DNA of 64,000 nt from Octopus vulgaris. Taxonomy: Eukaryota. A program made the translations under genes and the position numbers. The DNA lies in assembly GCA_951406725.2 (NCBI GenBank), contig OX597814.1, positions 135,160,001 to 135,224,000 on the forward strand, read 5' to 3'. Below are positions 13,421 through 25,394 of the stretch, piece by piece. Positions within the stretch are counted from its first letter, which is position 1. Each line of letters begins with the position of its first letter. The notes beneath the pieces are model-generated. The model was given only the letters and a program-made list of their open reading frames with translations. It was not told the DNA's origin and ran no database searches.

Positions 13421-13708
13421 CTAACTCGATATATAATGAAAAACTTTTAGCATTGTTAAATATCTTTTAGTTTTACTAAATGTCAATTTTACTGTCTTTA
13501 CCTGAACAACTCTCTGAACCTGGAGAAATTTTATTTACATGGTTTAATCCTAGCAATAGAGTTGAACAGCAGATCGATCATATCAAACTGATTGAGGCTG
13601 CTCATCACTAGGCTTGGATCAAATACCCTGATGGTTGAATTGATACTGTTCTAACTAAATATACAGGGTGTCTATAAATTATTTTACAGCTCCTACAATT
13701 TATTGTGT

Positions 13709-14341
13709 CCAAGTAAGTTTATCTTAATCTTTTTGATGTGACTCTACTCCATACTGTTTTCTCTCCCTATCATTTTTCTCTCTCATCCTTTCTCTAATCC
13801 CCTTTTTTCTCCCCTTCACTGTTTCCTATCTGTCTCCCTCTCCCGCTTTTCTCCCTTACTCTCTCTTTCTCATTGCTCAAACATGACCATCGTCCATCGT
13901 TCTTTTCCTCACGTGATCATCTTTCTTTTCTTTCAGGACTGGAGGTATCCTAGCTCTCTCTTTTACCTTTTCTCTTGTGAAAGAAAATATTTCTCCAACG
14001 TTCACTATTTTACCCTCGTTCTGGTATAACAACCCTCTATGTTTATTTTCATTTGGTTTTCTTGTATGTCTCCACTGTCCTGTTTTTGTTGCCAACTTTG
14101 ACCCTCCATAAATCCCAAATTTTATTTTGGTACTTATGAGAACAACTATCTTTGAAGACTCATATTGTTGTTCATGCTTGAAATGAGGAGTAGATAGACA
14201 GTGGAAAACTGATGAAGTGTTATTCTTTATGTTACTTGTCCTGTTTTTCATTTGTTTCTCTCATTGTTTGCGTATTGAACTTATTTGTTTACGTATTTCA
14301 TGTTGTTTACTGTTGGTGACGCCCTGTACCCATATATGCAT
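13709..14341 (+). repeat. About 630-bp dispersed repeat, copy 1 (probable PLE 3' end)
   Basis: Colinear with 18828-19462; related to 30900-31260 on the minus strand; ends in (TA)n. Confidence 0.85.
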
Positions 14342-14490
14342 ATGTATATATATGTATATATGTGTACTAGCACGGAATATGATCTCTCTGATACCGTTAG
14401 GTGAAGAGATGTTTTCCAGTGCCTTCATATTCAATATTTAATAATTTATAATTGAGGAATCCCACGCTAAGGAGCCGAAAATGGTCGGGT

Positions 14491-17065
14491 AAATCCTTAA
14501 AAATGTTTTAGCCCGAAGGCTGCGGCCATGCTGGGGCACCACCGCTGAATGAGCTACACTAATATGTGAATCCACCTCTGATACGTGGCACTTGATCAAC
14601 AAGGGAGTTCGATGCTGCTGCCTGCATCTGCGTCTCCTGTCGTGAGGTAGGTTCATCTGGGACTCCCAACAAGAAGAGATCCAGCTTAGTTTTAAAGAAA
14701 CCCACATCCACACCTTGTAAGTCTCTCAGGCATTTAGGGAGGATGTTAAAGAGCTGTGGTCCTCTGAAACCCAAGCTGTTGCAGTATCTGGACCTGTATT
14801 TTGATGGTGATGTTGGAATCTTTGGCACCATGCAGTGGCGCCCCGTTCTGCGGTTGGGGTAACTTTGAATGCCAAAGTTTGGGACAAGACCCTCCAGGAT
14901 TTTCCAGATGTATATCACCGCATATCTCTCCCGCTTCCGCTCTAGGGAGAAGAGGTTTAATACTTTCAGTCTTTCCCAGTAGCTGATATTTTGCATTGAG
15001 ACGATCTTCTTTGTGTAGCTTCTCTGAATTGCTTCGAGTTCTGCTGTTAGTTTTATATTGTGTGGTGACCATAGTTGGGAGCAGTAGTCCAAGCAGCTGA
15101 GGACAAATGTTTTCCAGAGGACCATCAGTGTCTCCTTCTCTCTTGTTCTGAAAGTTCGGAGAATCCATCCAGCTAGCCGTCTGCATTTTATCACCAGATT
15201 AGTAATATGCACTTGGAAAGATGCATCATTGCTCATGTCAATGCCCAGGTCACGCACTGATTTTGACTCAGGGATTGCAATTCTTCCTGGTCCAGTGTAT
15301 CCAGTCTGCACGTCGTTTACCTTTGTGTGCCGGTAGTGCAGGGCCTGGAACTTACCTGCATTAAATGGCATTTTGTTGTCCTCCGCCCACCTGTATATTG
15401 TATCCAACTCCTGTTGCAGATGCGCAATATTTTCAGGGTTTTGTATTGTGTGGGAGACTTTTGTGTCATCTGCATAGCTAGCAAAGGTGGCCATCATAGC
15501 AACTGAAGCCATGTCTGAAAGGGCCACTATGAACAGCAGTGGCTCCAAGACAGTGCCCTGTGGAACACCGCTTGTTATTTGTGTTTCCTTGGAGGTGGCT
15601 CCATTGCTCACAACTGCCTGTCTTCTGTCTTTTAGGAAGTTGTGCAGCCACTCTCCAAGTTTTCCGCCTATGCTGAGACCACACAGTTTGTGACAGATCA
15701 TACCATGGTCAACTTTATCAAAGGCTTTTGCAAAGTCGAGATATATTACATCCACATTTGAGCCATTTAGAAGCTGTTTTAACACCCAGTCATAGTGTTG
15801 CAGGAGCTGTGTTAGGCAGCTTCTACCTGGTTGAAATCCATGCTGGGTGTCAGACAGCAAGTAATTTTCTTCAAGGAACATGATTAGTTTCTTGCGGACT
15901 ATTCGTTCCATGACTTTGCTGATGTATGAGGTCAGAGAGATAGGCCTATAATTTTTAGCATCTGCTCTGCTACCTCCCTTATGGATAGGGCATATTACTC
16001 CCTCTTTCAATTTGACTGGGAGCTTACCACTTGCAAGAAAGCTCTGAAAAAGAAGCTGTAGCGGTTTTGTAAGGGTTCATTTGCACGATTTGAGAAGGAT
16101 CGCTGGAAATCCATCAGGTCCAGCAGCTGAGTTTGTGTCAATCTCATCTATGGCTAGTGTGATATCATCATCTTCAATGTTGATGTACTCAATTTTTGCC
16201 TCTTTGGCCGCAGGTAAAGTGGCAAAGAATTCTTCTGGGTTGTTTACTTGCCTGTGTCCTAGAGGTGTAGTGAACACACTTTGGAATTGTTCGTTCAGTA
16301 TTTCACTTATCCTTGTGGGATTTCCTGTGAGAGAGCCATATTTTTGGAAGAGAGGTCCTATTCTCTGGTGCACTGTGGCTGTCTCTTTGGCAAACTTAAA
16401 GAAAGCTTTAGGGTTTGATTTTATATTTTCTATTACCCAAGCTTCTTTATCTGCTCTCTCCTTTTCATGGGACTGATGCAAACTTTTCTCAATGTCCATT
16501 AGCATTCTCTCGAGCCGAGACTTCTCACCACTTTTGGTGTGCTTGCTCAGGTGGTTCGCAATCCTTGTCCGTCGTCTCATAAGAATCTTCCTTTCTCTAG
16601 GGATCCTGTTTTTGTTTTTGTGTGTGCTGGCCCTGTACACTGGGACATATTTGTCACATATGGCTTGTATTATGGACATGAAGTGTTTGTGTTTCATGTT
16701 AATGTCCGGTGTGGAGAGACATTTAGACCAATCCTGTTTGAGGATCTCTTTCTCAATCAACTTCCAGTTTGCTTTATGAAAGTTTAAGTTGAAGAGATGG
16801 TGGATGCTTCGTATAGGCTGTGTGTCTACGGGGGCTTTTGGTCCATACATAGACAGCTCTATTATGTTGTGATCCGAGATCATTGTCGGCATCACTTTAA
16901 CATTATGGATAATATCCATATTGTTTGTGAAGCAGAGATCCAGTATATTATCTGCCCTTGTTGGTTGCAGAACCATTTGCTCCATGAAAGAGGCATTTGT
17001 GAGATGGAGCAGGGACTCTGCCTGTGCCTGCTGATGGTGTGTCATCCCTGAGAGCATCTGCTCCC
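14491..17065 (-). mobile_element. CR1-clade LINE, 5'-truncated, young
   Basis: ORF2 below plus short 3'UTR GGTGGTGCCCCAGCATGGCCGCAGCCTTCGGGCT. Confidence 0.93.
14559..17057 (-). pseudogene. CR1 ORF2 (partial APE endonuclease + reverse transcriptase), single in-frame TGA at 16077-16079
   Basis: PTRADNILDL, SDHN, AAGPDG, NYRPISLTS, QHGF, YLDFAKAFDKVDH, GVPQG, YADDTK, LDYCSQLWSPH; the two track ORFs are in frame, with 22 open codons between them. Confidence 0.93.
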
Positions 17066-17068
17066 CGA

Positions 17069-17101
17069 GACTGTAGTTTCGAGATTATTGTCTCTTGTCA
17101 A
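17069..17101 (-). ncRNA. Hammerhead core, U3:A8 variant (stem I not evident)
   Basis: TTGACAA-GAGA caataa TCTC-GAAAC TACA GTC. Confidence 0.5.
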
Positions 17102-17719
17102 CATACGCTAATCACTGGTTTTCGATGAGGAGAGACCTGTTTGCGAATATTTATTTAATGTTTTTCCCAGTAACCACTGTCACTGATTTCAAAAAACGGT
17201 CTGAAAGCAATAATAAATCTCTGAGCGAGATGTTTCGACAAAGTAAAGTATACTAACTATCTCAATATGGCTAACCACTAGGGGTGGGTGTTACTGTAGC
17301 TTTTTAGCCCCAGGAGATCATCGTCTCCAGCTGGCTTTAGACACAATTCAGTACTCTTATAATATTCGCAAAGGGAGGTCATCCCTCTCGAAAACCTAAG
17401 TGATAAGGTATAATTATTTATTATTTATGCTTTATACTGATCTAATTCCAAAACGCGCGTATGTGGGTAACCTAATATAGAATGATTTTCGTTATTTTTC
17501 CCTTTTGCCTGCGTGTACTTTGGTTTATCAAGTACTTTGGTTTATCTGGGAGCCCCTTTTAAAGTAGAAGGAATAGCTAAGATTTTTGACTGCTATTTCT
17601 AAAATTCAGTATGTGGTGAAGCAAATCGTTGCTGGTCTTTTTCATGCCGAATTCTGCTTGGTGAAATTACTGATTACTTCTTAATTAATTAATTTTACCC
17701 TTTGTTATTATATATATCT

Positions 17720-17750
<31 letters not shown>

Positions 17751-17763
17751 TATATATATATAT

Positions 17764-18399
17764 AATCAACCGATAAGGGTGAGAAAATTGGGTACTAATT
17801 TAATAGCACATCCATTTACCACCAAGTGGCTTAGTACATAAAAAACCCGGATTACGATACATTTTATACATAAATATAAGGGAGTGACCACAATGTGGTC
17901 TACTCTAGCACTAAAAATAGATCCGCAAGGTTTCAGCCATAAAAGAAATTGTTTCTGTTGAAAGTTAGCACTACTACCAGCGCAAATGAACAGGGCAAAT
18001 AAACATTTGCGAGACAATTGTTTCGCTATTAATAAATTATGTGGTTTTACTTACATAAATTTATCTGTAGCTCCTCAGCTGAACCCGTCCAGGATACAAT
18101 TTACTCGATCGCACGCTAGGCTTCACCATAATGATAAACGCACGTGTGGTCAAGTCAATTGTACCCGCTGTTATAATTCAAGTGCCCCTGTCTTCACCCG
18201 CCAAAATTCACGGAAACAAATACTACATCCAAAATTAAATGCAGCGTAATTACAATCAACTGATAAGGGTGAGAAAATTGGGTACTAATTTAATAGCACA
18301 TCCATTTACCACCAAGTGGCTTAGTGCATAAAAAACCCGAATTACGACACATTTTATACATAAATATAAGAGAGTGACCACAATGTGGTCTACTCTAGC

Positions 18400-18400
<1 letters not shown>
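17764..18400 (-). mobile_element. Non-coding 490-bp unit plus 147-bp partial tandem copy, with HHR (retrozyme-like or non-autonomous PLE)
   Basis: 17764-17910 repeated almost exactly at 18254-18400; bounded by (TA)n and (AAT)n; HHR core inside; CpGs retained. Confidence 0.7.
18013..18078 (-). ncRNA. Type I hammerhead core with long stem II
   Basis: CTGAGGA-GCTA..ATAAAT..TATGT/ACATA..ATTTAT..TAGC-GAAAC AATT GTC. Confidence 0.7.
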
Positions 18401-18430
<30 letters not shown>

Positions 18431-18725
18431 TTAAGAAGTATAGCTCCAAACTTACAGGGAAAAATTCAATTTAGTATTGAATCAAATTTCTCAGTATAAA
18501 TACTTATTACTTATTATATTATATCTATCATTCTTTTTATACTTTTGGGAAAAAAAATAAATATAAAAATATATATATATTATATAAATTATATATATAT
18601 TATTTGTTATTTATGTATTGGTTTATGTCTATCACTGTTTGAGTTGCATAATAGTGGTTTTATCTCTAATTCATATTTAATTCATATTTAATTCTCTAAT
18701 ATGAATCTCTAATTCATATTTAATT

Positions 18726-18762
<37 letters not shown>

Positions 18763-18827
18763 TATATATATATGCATATATATATATAATTTATATTATT
18801 ATTTGATTGAACGCCACACATCCATTT

Positions 18828-19462
18828 CCAAGTAAGTTTATCTTAATCTTTTTGGTGCGACTCTATACTGTTTTCTCCCCTTATTGTTTTCTATCTCATC
18901 CTTTCTCTAATCAACTTTTTTCTCCCCTTCACCATTTTCTATCTATATATCTTCCCCTCTTTCTCCTTTACTCTCTCTCATTGCTCATACATGACCATCG
19001 TCCATCTTTCTTTTCCTCACGTGATCGTCTTTCTTTTCTTTCAGCACTGTCCTAAGGACTGGACGTATCCTATCTCTCTCTTTTACCTTTTCTCTTGTGA
19101 AAGAAAATATTTCTCCAGTTTTTTGTATTTTACCCTTGTTCTGGTTTAACAATCCTCCATGTTTGTTTTCATTCAGTTTCCTTGTATGTCTCCACTGTCC
19201 TGTTTTTGTTCTTAACTTTGACCTTCCATAAATCTCAAATTTTATTTTGGTACTTATGAGAGCAACTGTCTTCGAAGGTTCATATTGTCATTCAATGCTC
19301 AAAATGAAGAGTAGATGGACGGCGAACAACTGATGAAGGGTCGTTCTTTATGTTACTTGTCTTGTTTTCCATTTGTTTCTCTCTTTGTTTGCGTATTGAA
19401 CACATTTGTTTTCATATTTCATGTTGTTTACTGTTGGTGATGTCCTATACTCAAATATGCAT
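18828..19462 (+). repeat. About 630-bp dispersed repeat, copy 2
   Basis: Colinear with 13709-14341. Confidence 0.85.
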
Positions 19463-19534
19463 ATTTTTTTTTCATTTTTTTTTTCATTTTCTCTAGTTTC
19501 AGCTTACGAGCTGTGGGCATGCTGGGGCACTGCC

Positions 19535-20147
<613 letters not shown>

Positions 20148-20200
20148 TATATATATATAAGAAAAAAGGTTTGAAAATGCAATTTAAACGATGTTTATTT

Positions 20201-20242
20201 ACTTAACCGGTTTCACTCTTTGGTAAAAGATTGTCAAAAGTT
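20201..20242 (-). ncRNA. Minimal hammerhead, U3:A8 variant
   Basis: ACTT-TTGACAA-TCTTT tacc AAAGA gt-GAAAC CG GTT-AAGT; stem I ACTT/AAGT; palindromic stem III. Confidence 0.55.
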
Positions 20243-20254
20243 ACATTTAAGGAA

Positions 20255-20395
20255 ACATTGAATAATATGGGTTCAAAAAAAGTTTTTTACATAATTGTCA
20301 CATTGAATATTATGCATTCAAAAAAGTTTTTACATAATTGTCACATTGGATATTATGAATTCAAAAATGTTTTTTTATACATAATTGTCACATTA
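20255..20395. repeat. Minisatellite, about 3 x 44-46 bp
   Basis: CATTGAATATTATG..TTCAAAAA..TTTTACATAATTGTCA repeated. Confidence 0.8.
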
Positions 20396-20809
20396 CATGT
20401 ATAAATATAGTGTTTGGTAACAGAGAAGTTCAATAGTGTGATGAGAATATTTGGGAAAATTTGGCAGAAAAGGATAAAACAAATATATTATTGGGAATTG
20501 GTTGCGTTAATTATTGGTTGTCGCAAATTGTCACATTACATGTATATATATACAATCTTTGGTATATATACACAGCGTTTTGACAGCAAAAATTAAAATG
20601 GATTTTTTGTACATCTCAGAATATTTTAAGTATGTTTTTACTGACCTGTCAGTATTAGCAGAAAGGCTGAACTGAGAGAACAGAAGAAGTAGCCAATGTG
20701 GTGTATACTTCCCCTTTATGCATGAATGATTTTGGGGTTATCAGGAGGTTAGTATGCGGGTGTGAATAGATGTGTCCGTGCCTGCTGGTCAGATAGCGTC
20801 TGTTTGTCA

Positions 20810-21011
20810 CACACATATATATACACACAAACACACACACACACAACAACACACACACACACACACATAGTATACAAACACACACCACATACAAACAACA
20901 CACACACACACAGAACACACACACCCACACACAACGCACCCACATATATCACATATACACACAGCACACAAATATAACATGTATCTATATATAACATACA
21001 CAGATATATAA

Positions 21012-21062
<51 letters not shown>

Positions 21063-21756
21063 CACACGCACACATACATACATAATATAAATATCACACA
21101 AATACACCTAGCATATATATACACACATACAATACACACATACAGCATGTAAGTAATATACATACACAATATATGCATGCAATATACATACGCAATACAT
21201 ACATATAATATATATATATATAGACAATGCATATACATATATACACATATACATATAAATAGTGTTTACATACACATACATAGATGTACCACATATACAC
21301 ACAACACACATACATACAATGCATACACATACACGTACGCATACATATAATATATATATACACACACACACACATAACATACATACACACACAATGCATA
21401 CATATATATACACGCAATGCATATACATGTATTCATGCATATATAGCACACCTACAATATACATATATACAGTGCACACATACACACAAATATATACACT
21501 TAATTGTACACGTACATATACAATACACATACATACAATATACATATACACAATGCGCATGCAAATAATGTACATGTTTATACACACATAAACATGCAAA
21601 TAAATATACACACACACACATACACACACACACATATATATACACATATATATATATATATATATACACACATACATACATACATACATGCACATACATA
21701 TATTTTTTCACACACATACACACACATATATATATATAAAAAATTCACAACCCCCC

Positions 21757-21807
<51 letters not shown>

Positions 21808-21849
21808 TATATATCATTTATATTTTATATATATATGCATATGTATATA
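20810..21849. repeat. Long degenerate (CA)n/(TA)n tract
   Basis: Direct reading of the sequence. Confidence 0.9.
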
Positions 21850-22236
21850 TCTTTATATATAAAAGTAAGGTTGTGTGTCTGTCTCCTACGATTTAGATTC
21901 CTAACTACTCCCACATTTTGCGGTGCAGTTTAACCAAAACCGGGTATCTTATAGTCGTGATTCATATCGAGCCCTTCTGGGTATTAGTGCGTGTCTACGA
22001 TGAGTCTACGATTTAAAAAAAAATTTACCATCATTTTTTTCCATTTTAATGCATTTTTCTCTATTATATAAGGGAAGTAACTCTCTAAAAATGTCTACGA
22101 TGAGTCAACGATTTAAAAAAAAATCTTTTTTCCAATTTTAATGCATTTTTTGGCTATTTTTTGGCTATAACTCTCTAAAAATGCTTATATAGTAATTTCC
22201 CTTACAAACCCGAGCAACACGGGGCGATACTGCTAG
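21850..22236 (+). mobile_element. Non-autonomous Helitron (same family as 19644-20147)
   Basis: 5' TC, 3' hairpin CCCGAGCAACACGGGG followed by CTAG; internal duplication of about 100 bp. Confidence 0.85.
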
Positions 22237-24049
22237 TATGTATATATATATGCATATATATATTAGAGAGAGGGAGAGAGAGAGAGAGAGAAGAGGAGAA
22301 GCTTGAGAGAGTGATGAATGAATGTGAGTATGCTCTGCCATCATGTAGTTTTTAAGTTCGTAGCAGTCATTTGTGTTGCAGAGTCTTCATGTTGACAAGT
22401 CTGGTTCTAGTTATTGAAACCAGTTGATACTGAACTGAGTATGACATGAATGCATGAATGCATCCACTCTGCTTGATCTGCTCTGCTCTCAAATCTGCTG
22501 TGTTTCTTTTTCTAGCAGAGTTACTTGATTTAAAGCTTTGATTCGTTAGTTTAATAGCAATGTCAGCATTCAATTTGAAAGATCAGGTTTTTGTTTCACA
22601 ATTGTAAAAAATAAATCAGTCAATATTTTTTGGGTATATGAAAATTTATGTTGAGTTTGAAGCGATGAGGTGGGGTGAACTAAATAGCATTTCGGTTGAA
22701 ATTGTTTCCTTGAGTGTATGTTCATCACTTGTAGATTGCACCTCATTCAGTATTAGATTAATAATTTTGAAACCACTAATTTCTAAAGATTTATTGTAAT
22801 TGTTCAGTCAAATATGATTTTAACTGAAGATATATTAAAAACTTTTTGCTTCTGTTTCTAACTAAATTTTTAAAAGTAGTAGTAGTAATTTTTTTCCCTT
22901 TAGGTTTTCTATAAAGTTTATAGTTGCTTGTATCAAAATCTCAGGTAGCATCTAAAATGCTGAATATAGCCATGCTCATGTGAGCCATAATATTAACCAC
23001 TAGTTTTTTTTTTTTAAATAGTAAATCTTCTCTAGCCTTGTGTAATACATTCTGAAATAACTTAAAACCGTTGTCTCAAGTTAAGGCATTAAATTTTGCC
23101 TTGAGTATGTCAAAATGTATCATAAGCAAGCTGAAAATCTTTCTGTCTAGATATTATATATTAACATCAAAAGGATCTTTGATATCTTTCACTCGTGCTG
23201 CATCCTTCTTAAAAAGAGAGATATTCTGGTGCTTATAATTGTATCAATAATGCTACCATTAATGGTGAAATATATTCCAGTAAATTTCTGTGATATTGAA
23301 ATAGCTTACCAACAAAGATATAAGGATCAGTTATTATCAAAATAGGTCAGTGTCAGTAATCTCAATGAGATGCTTAAAGAAGATGAGTGACATTCATCCA
23401 TCTCTTATTTTATGTGACATTAATCAGTTTGATATGTTCAAAAGGAAGTTTGCCAATTCTTTAAAAGGGGTTCAAGTATACGTGACATGGCTTTCATCAT
23501 TACAAAAACCACAAGAGTGGAACTGATTGATCCACCAAGCACGTTATTAATGATATTCTGCCCCTTATCAAAGTGAATGTAAAAAAAAAAAATAACTAAA
23601 AAAAAATAATCAATCATCGGATGCTTCAATTATGTATGACATCAGTGATTGTTTATTGTTTTGCATCAATGGGTTTTACTTAAAGCAAATAAATTCTGAT
23701 ATATAAACTGAGTTTAAATGACAATAACTATAACTACAAGTAACCATATTTATCAGCACATAATATGTTTTAATGTAGGACACATAACTGTTAAGTGTGA
23801 ATACTGGATTTAATTTATTTTGCTGAAACTTGGTTAATTGATCCAGGAAAAATGAAAGGTGGCATTTATACTAATGGGATTTATATTTAGAAATACAAGT
23901 ATTATAATTAAACGAAATAAACCTAAAGTATTTGTTTATGAGTGACATTTTTCAGTATCTTTTTTACGCTTAACTAATTTCAAAGGCCTTGTTTATTTTT
24001 AAAATGAGAGGTACTAATGAAGTTTCGATTTTATATGAAAAAAATATAC

Positions 24050-25050
24050 TGTGAGCAGCCGAGGGAGGGAAAGAAGAAGGAAGACAAGAAGAAAAGAAGA
24101 AGGAGGAGGAGGAGTAGAAGGAAAAATGAAAGAGGAAGAGAAGTAGGATTAGGGAAAGAAGAGGGAGAAGGAGAAAGAAAAGAAAATACAGGAATGCTGT
24201 GATACAGTAAATTGTTCGTGGAATCTTCTTTAATGGTTAAATGACCTAAAAGTGACCTGTTGTGGCTACAGCAGTAGTGGTTGGAATTGTTCTAAATTCT
24301 TTTAGTAGTTTCATCTGTGTTGGTGGCGGCTTTCAAAATAGGTTTATATTTTGCGATAAAATATGCTTCTTTGTTAATGCGCTGATTAAAGGTTGCAATG
24401 TCCCTGAATTTATAGAGAGGAAAAATTATAAAGTTGGTTTGTTCATTAGTGGTGCAAATATCGATGTGCTTGCTTAATCCTATTTTTCTGCATTTTCATA
24501 TTTTAATCTGGGATCTATGTACCATCATTCTCTGGCATAGACTGTTTTTAGTTTGACCAATATATTGTTCTCAACACCCTGAGTAAGTTAATACATATAT
24601 TAGGTTTTCCAAAGCACACGTGAAGTAGTTGTAAAATGTCGACCTTGTCCGAAGGAGAATTCCAATCCTTCAATTAGGTTGACACATATATCACAGTTAG
24701 GTACTTACACATTTTTGTACTCTCGGTTTCGATGTTGTTGAAGAGTGTACTTGGGCCTGTGTTAGAAGACTTTTCATTGACTTGGGTTGTCTTTTGCTCT
24801 TTATGATGGTGCGTGATTGGAGGATTTGATCCATTCTATGGTCACTTTTAGTAAAGGGATGTTCTGGAGGATGGTGTCGAAGACCTCATTGTTTAGGTGG
24901 TTGTGCGTAGATATGTATTTTTTCTGTTCTTTCTTCTTCTCCCTCTTCTTTCCCTAATACTACTTCTCTTCCTTTATCTTCTCCTCCTTCTCCTTCTTTT
25001 CTTCTTCTTGTTCTCTTTCTTTTTCTCTCCCTCCCTTGGCTGCTGCTGCT
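24050..25050 (-). mobile_element. Penelope-like element: GIY-YIG fragment between inverted terminal repeats
   Basis: PNCDIC..NLIYVLTYSGC*EQYIGQTKNSLCQRM..H..KHIDIC within 24240-24890; 24050-24195 is inverted at 24915-25050. Confidence 0.8.
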
Positions 25051-25394
25051 TAAACCATCAATTCTCTGTACCCAAACTATTCCTTCAGATTTACTACTAC
25101 CCACCTACGAGGCATTCACAAAGGAATAGAGCGAGAGACTATGGAAATATTTACCTATTTAAAGACTATGAAAATATCTACACCTCTGGTGTGTCTGACT
25201 GCACTACTGCTTTAATAATCCCATTTACACCAGTACATTTGGAAATTTCGATAATATGGGGTGAAATTGCTGCAAGATGATTGGTTAGTATTCAGAGCAG
25301 TTGCCTAATTTGATGCAGTTTGATACTGGTTACTAAACCTAAATGGTTTCGAATTTAGACCTCGTTACAATTTCATTGTAGGTCTGTTGTCCAT

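Larger units (their letters stand above)
11410..13660 (+). pseudogene. Highly decayed Gypsy LTR-retrotransposon pol (RNase H, integrase, C-terminus)
   Basis: LHIETNTS (ETDAS-like), FSRT..PEQNFS..VRKW, LFLIKDQYSKF, HHPTGN*QVKCLNGT, PGEIL..AWIKYPDG*IDTV; interrupted by a MITE, microsatellites and a SINE. Confidence 0.7.

Noticed and set aside
20655-21933. Many overlapping ORFs rich in C/V/Y/I/H/T (also near 9.1-9.5, 29, 46.7 and 55.2 kb)
   Set aside because: Translations of (CA)n/(TA)n microsatellites
22330-23640. Possible very old Helitron or other coding remnant on the minus strand
   Set aside because: Only vague motif echoes; cannot be supported without a profile search
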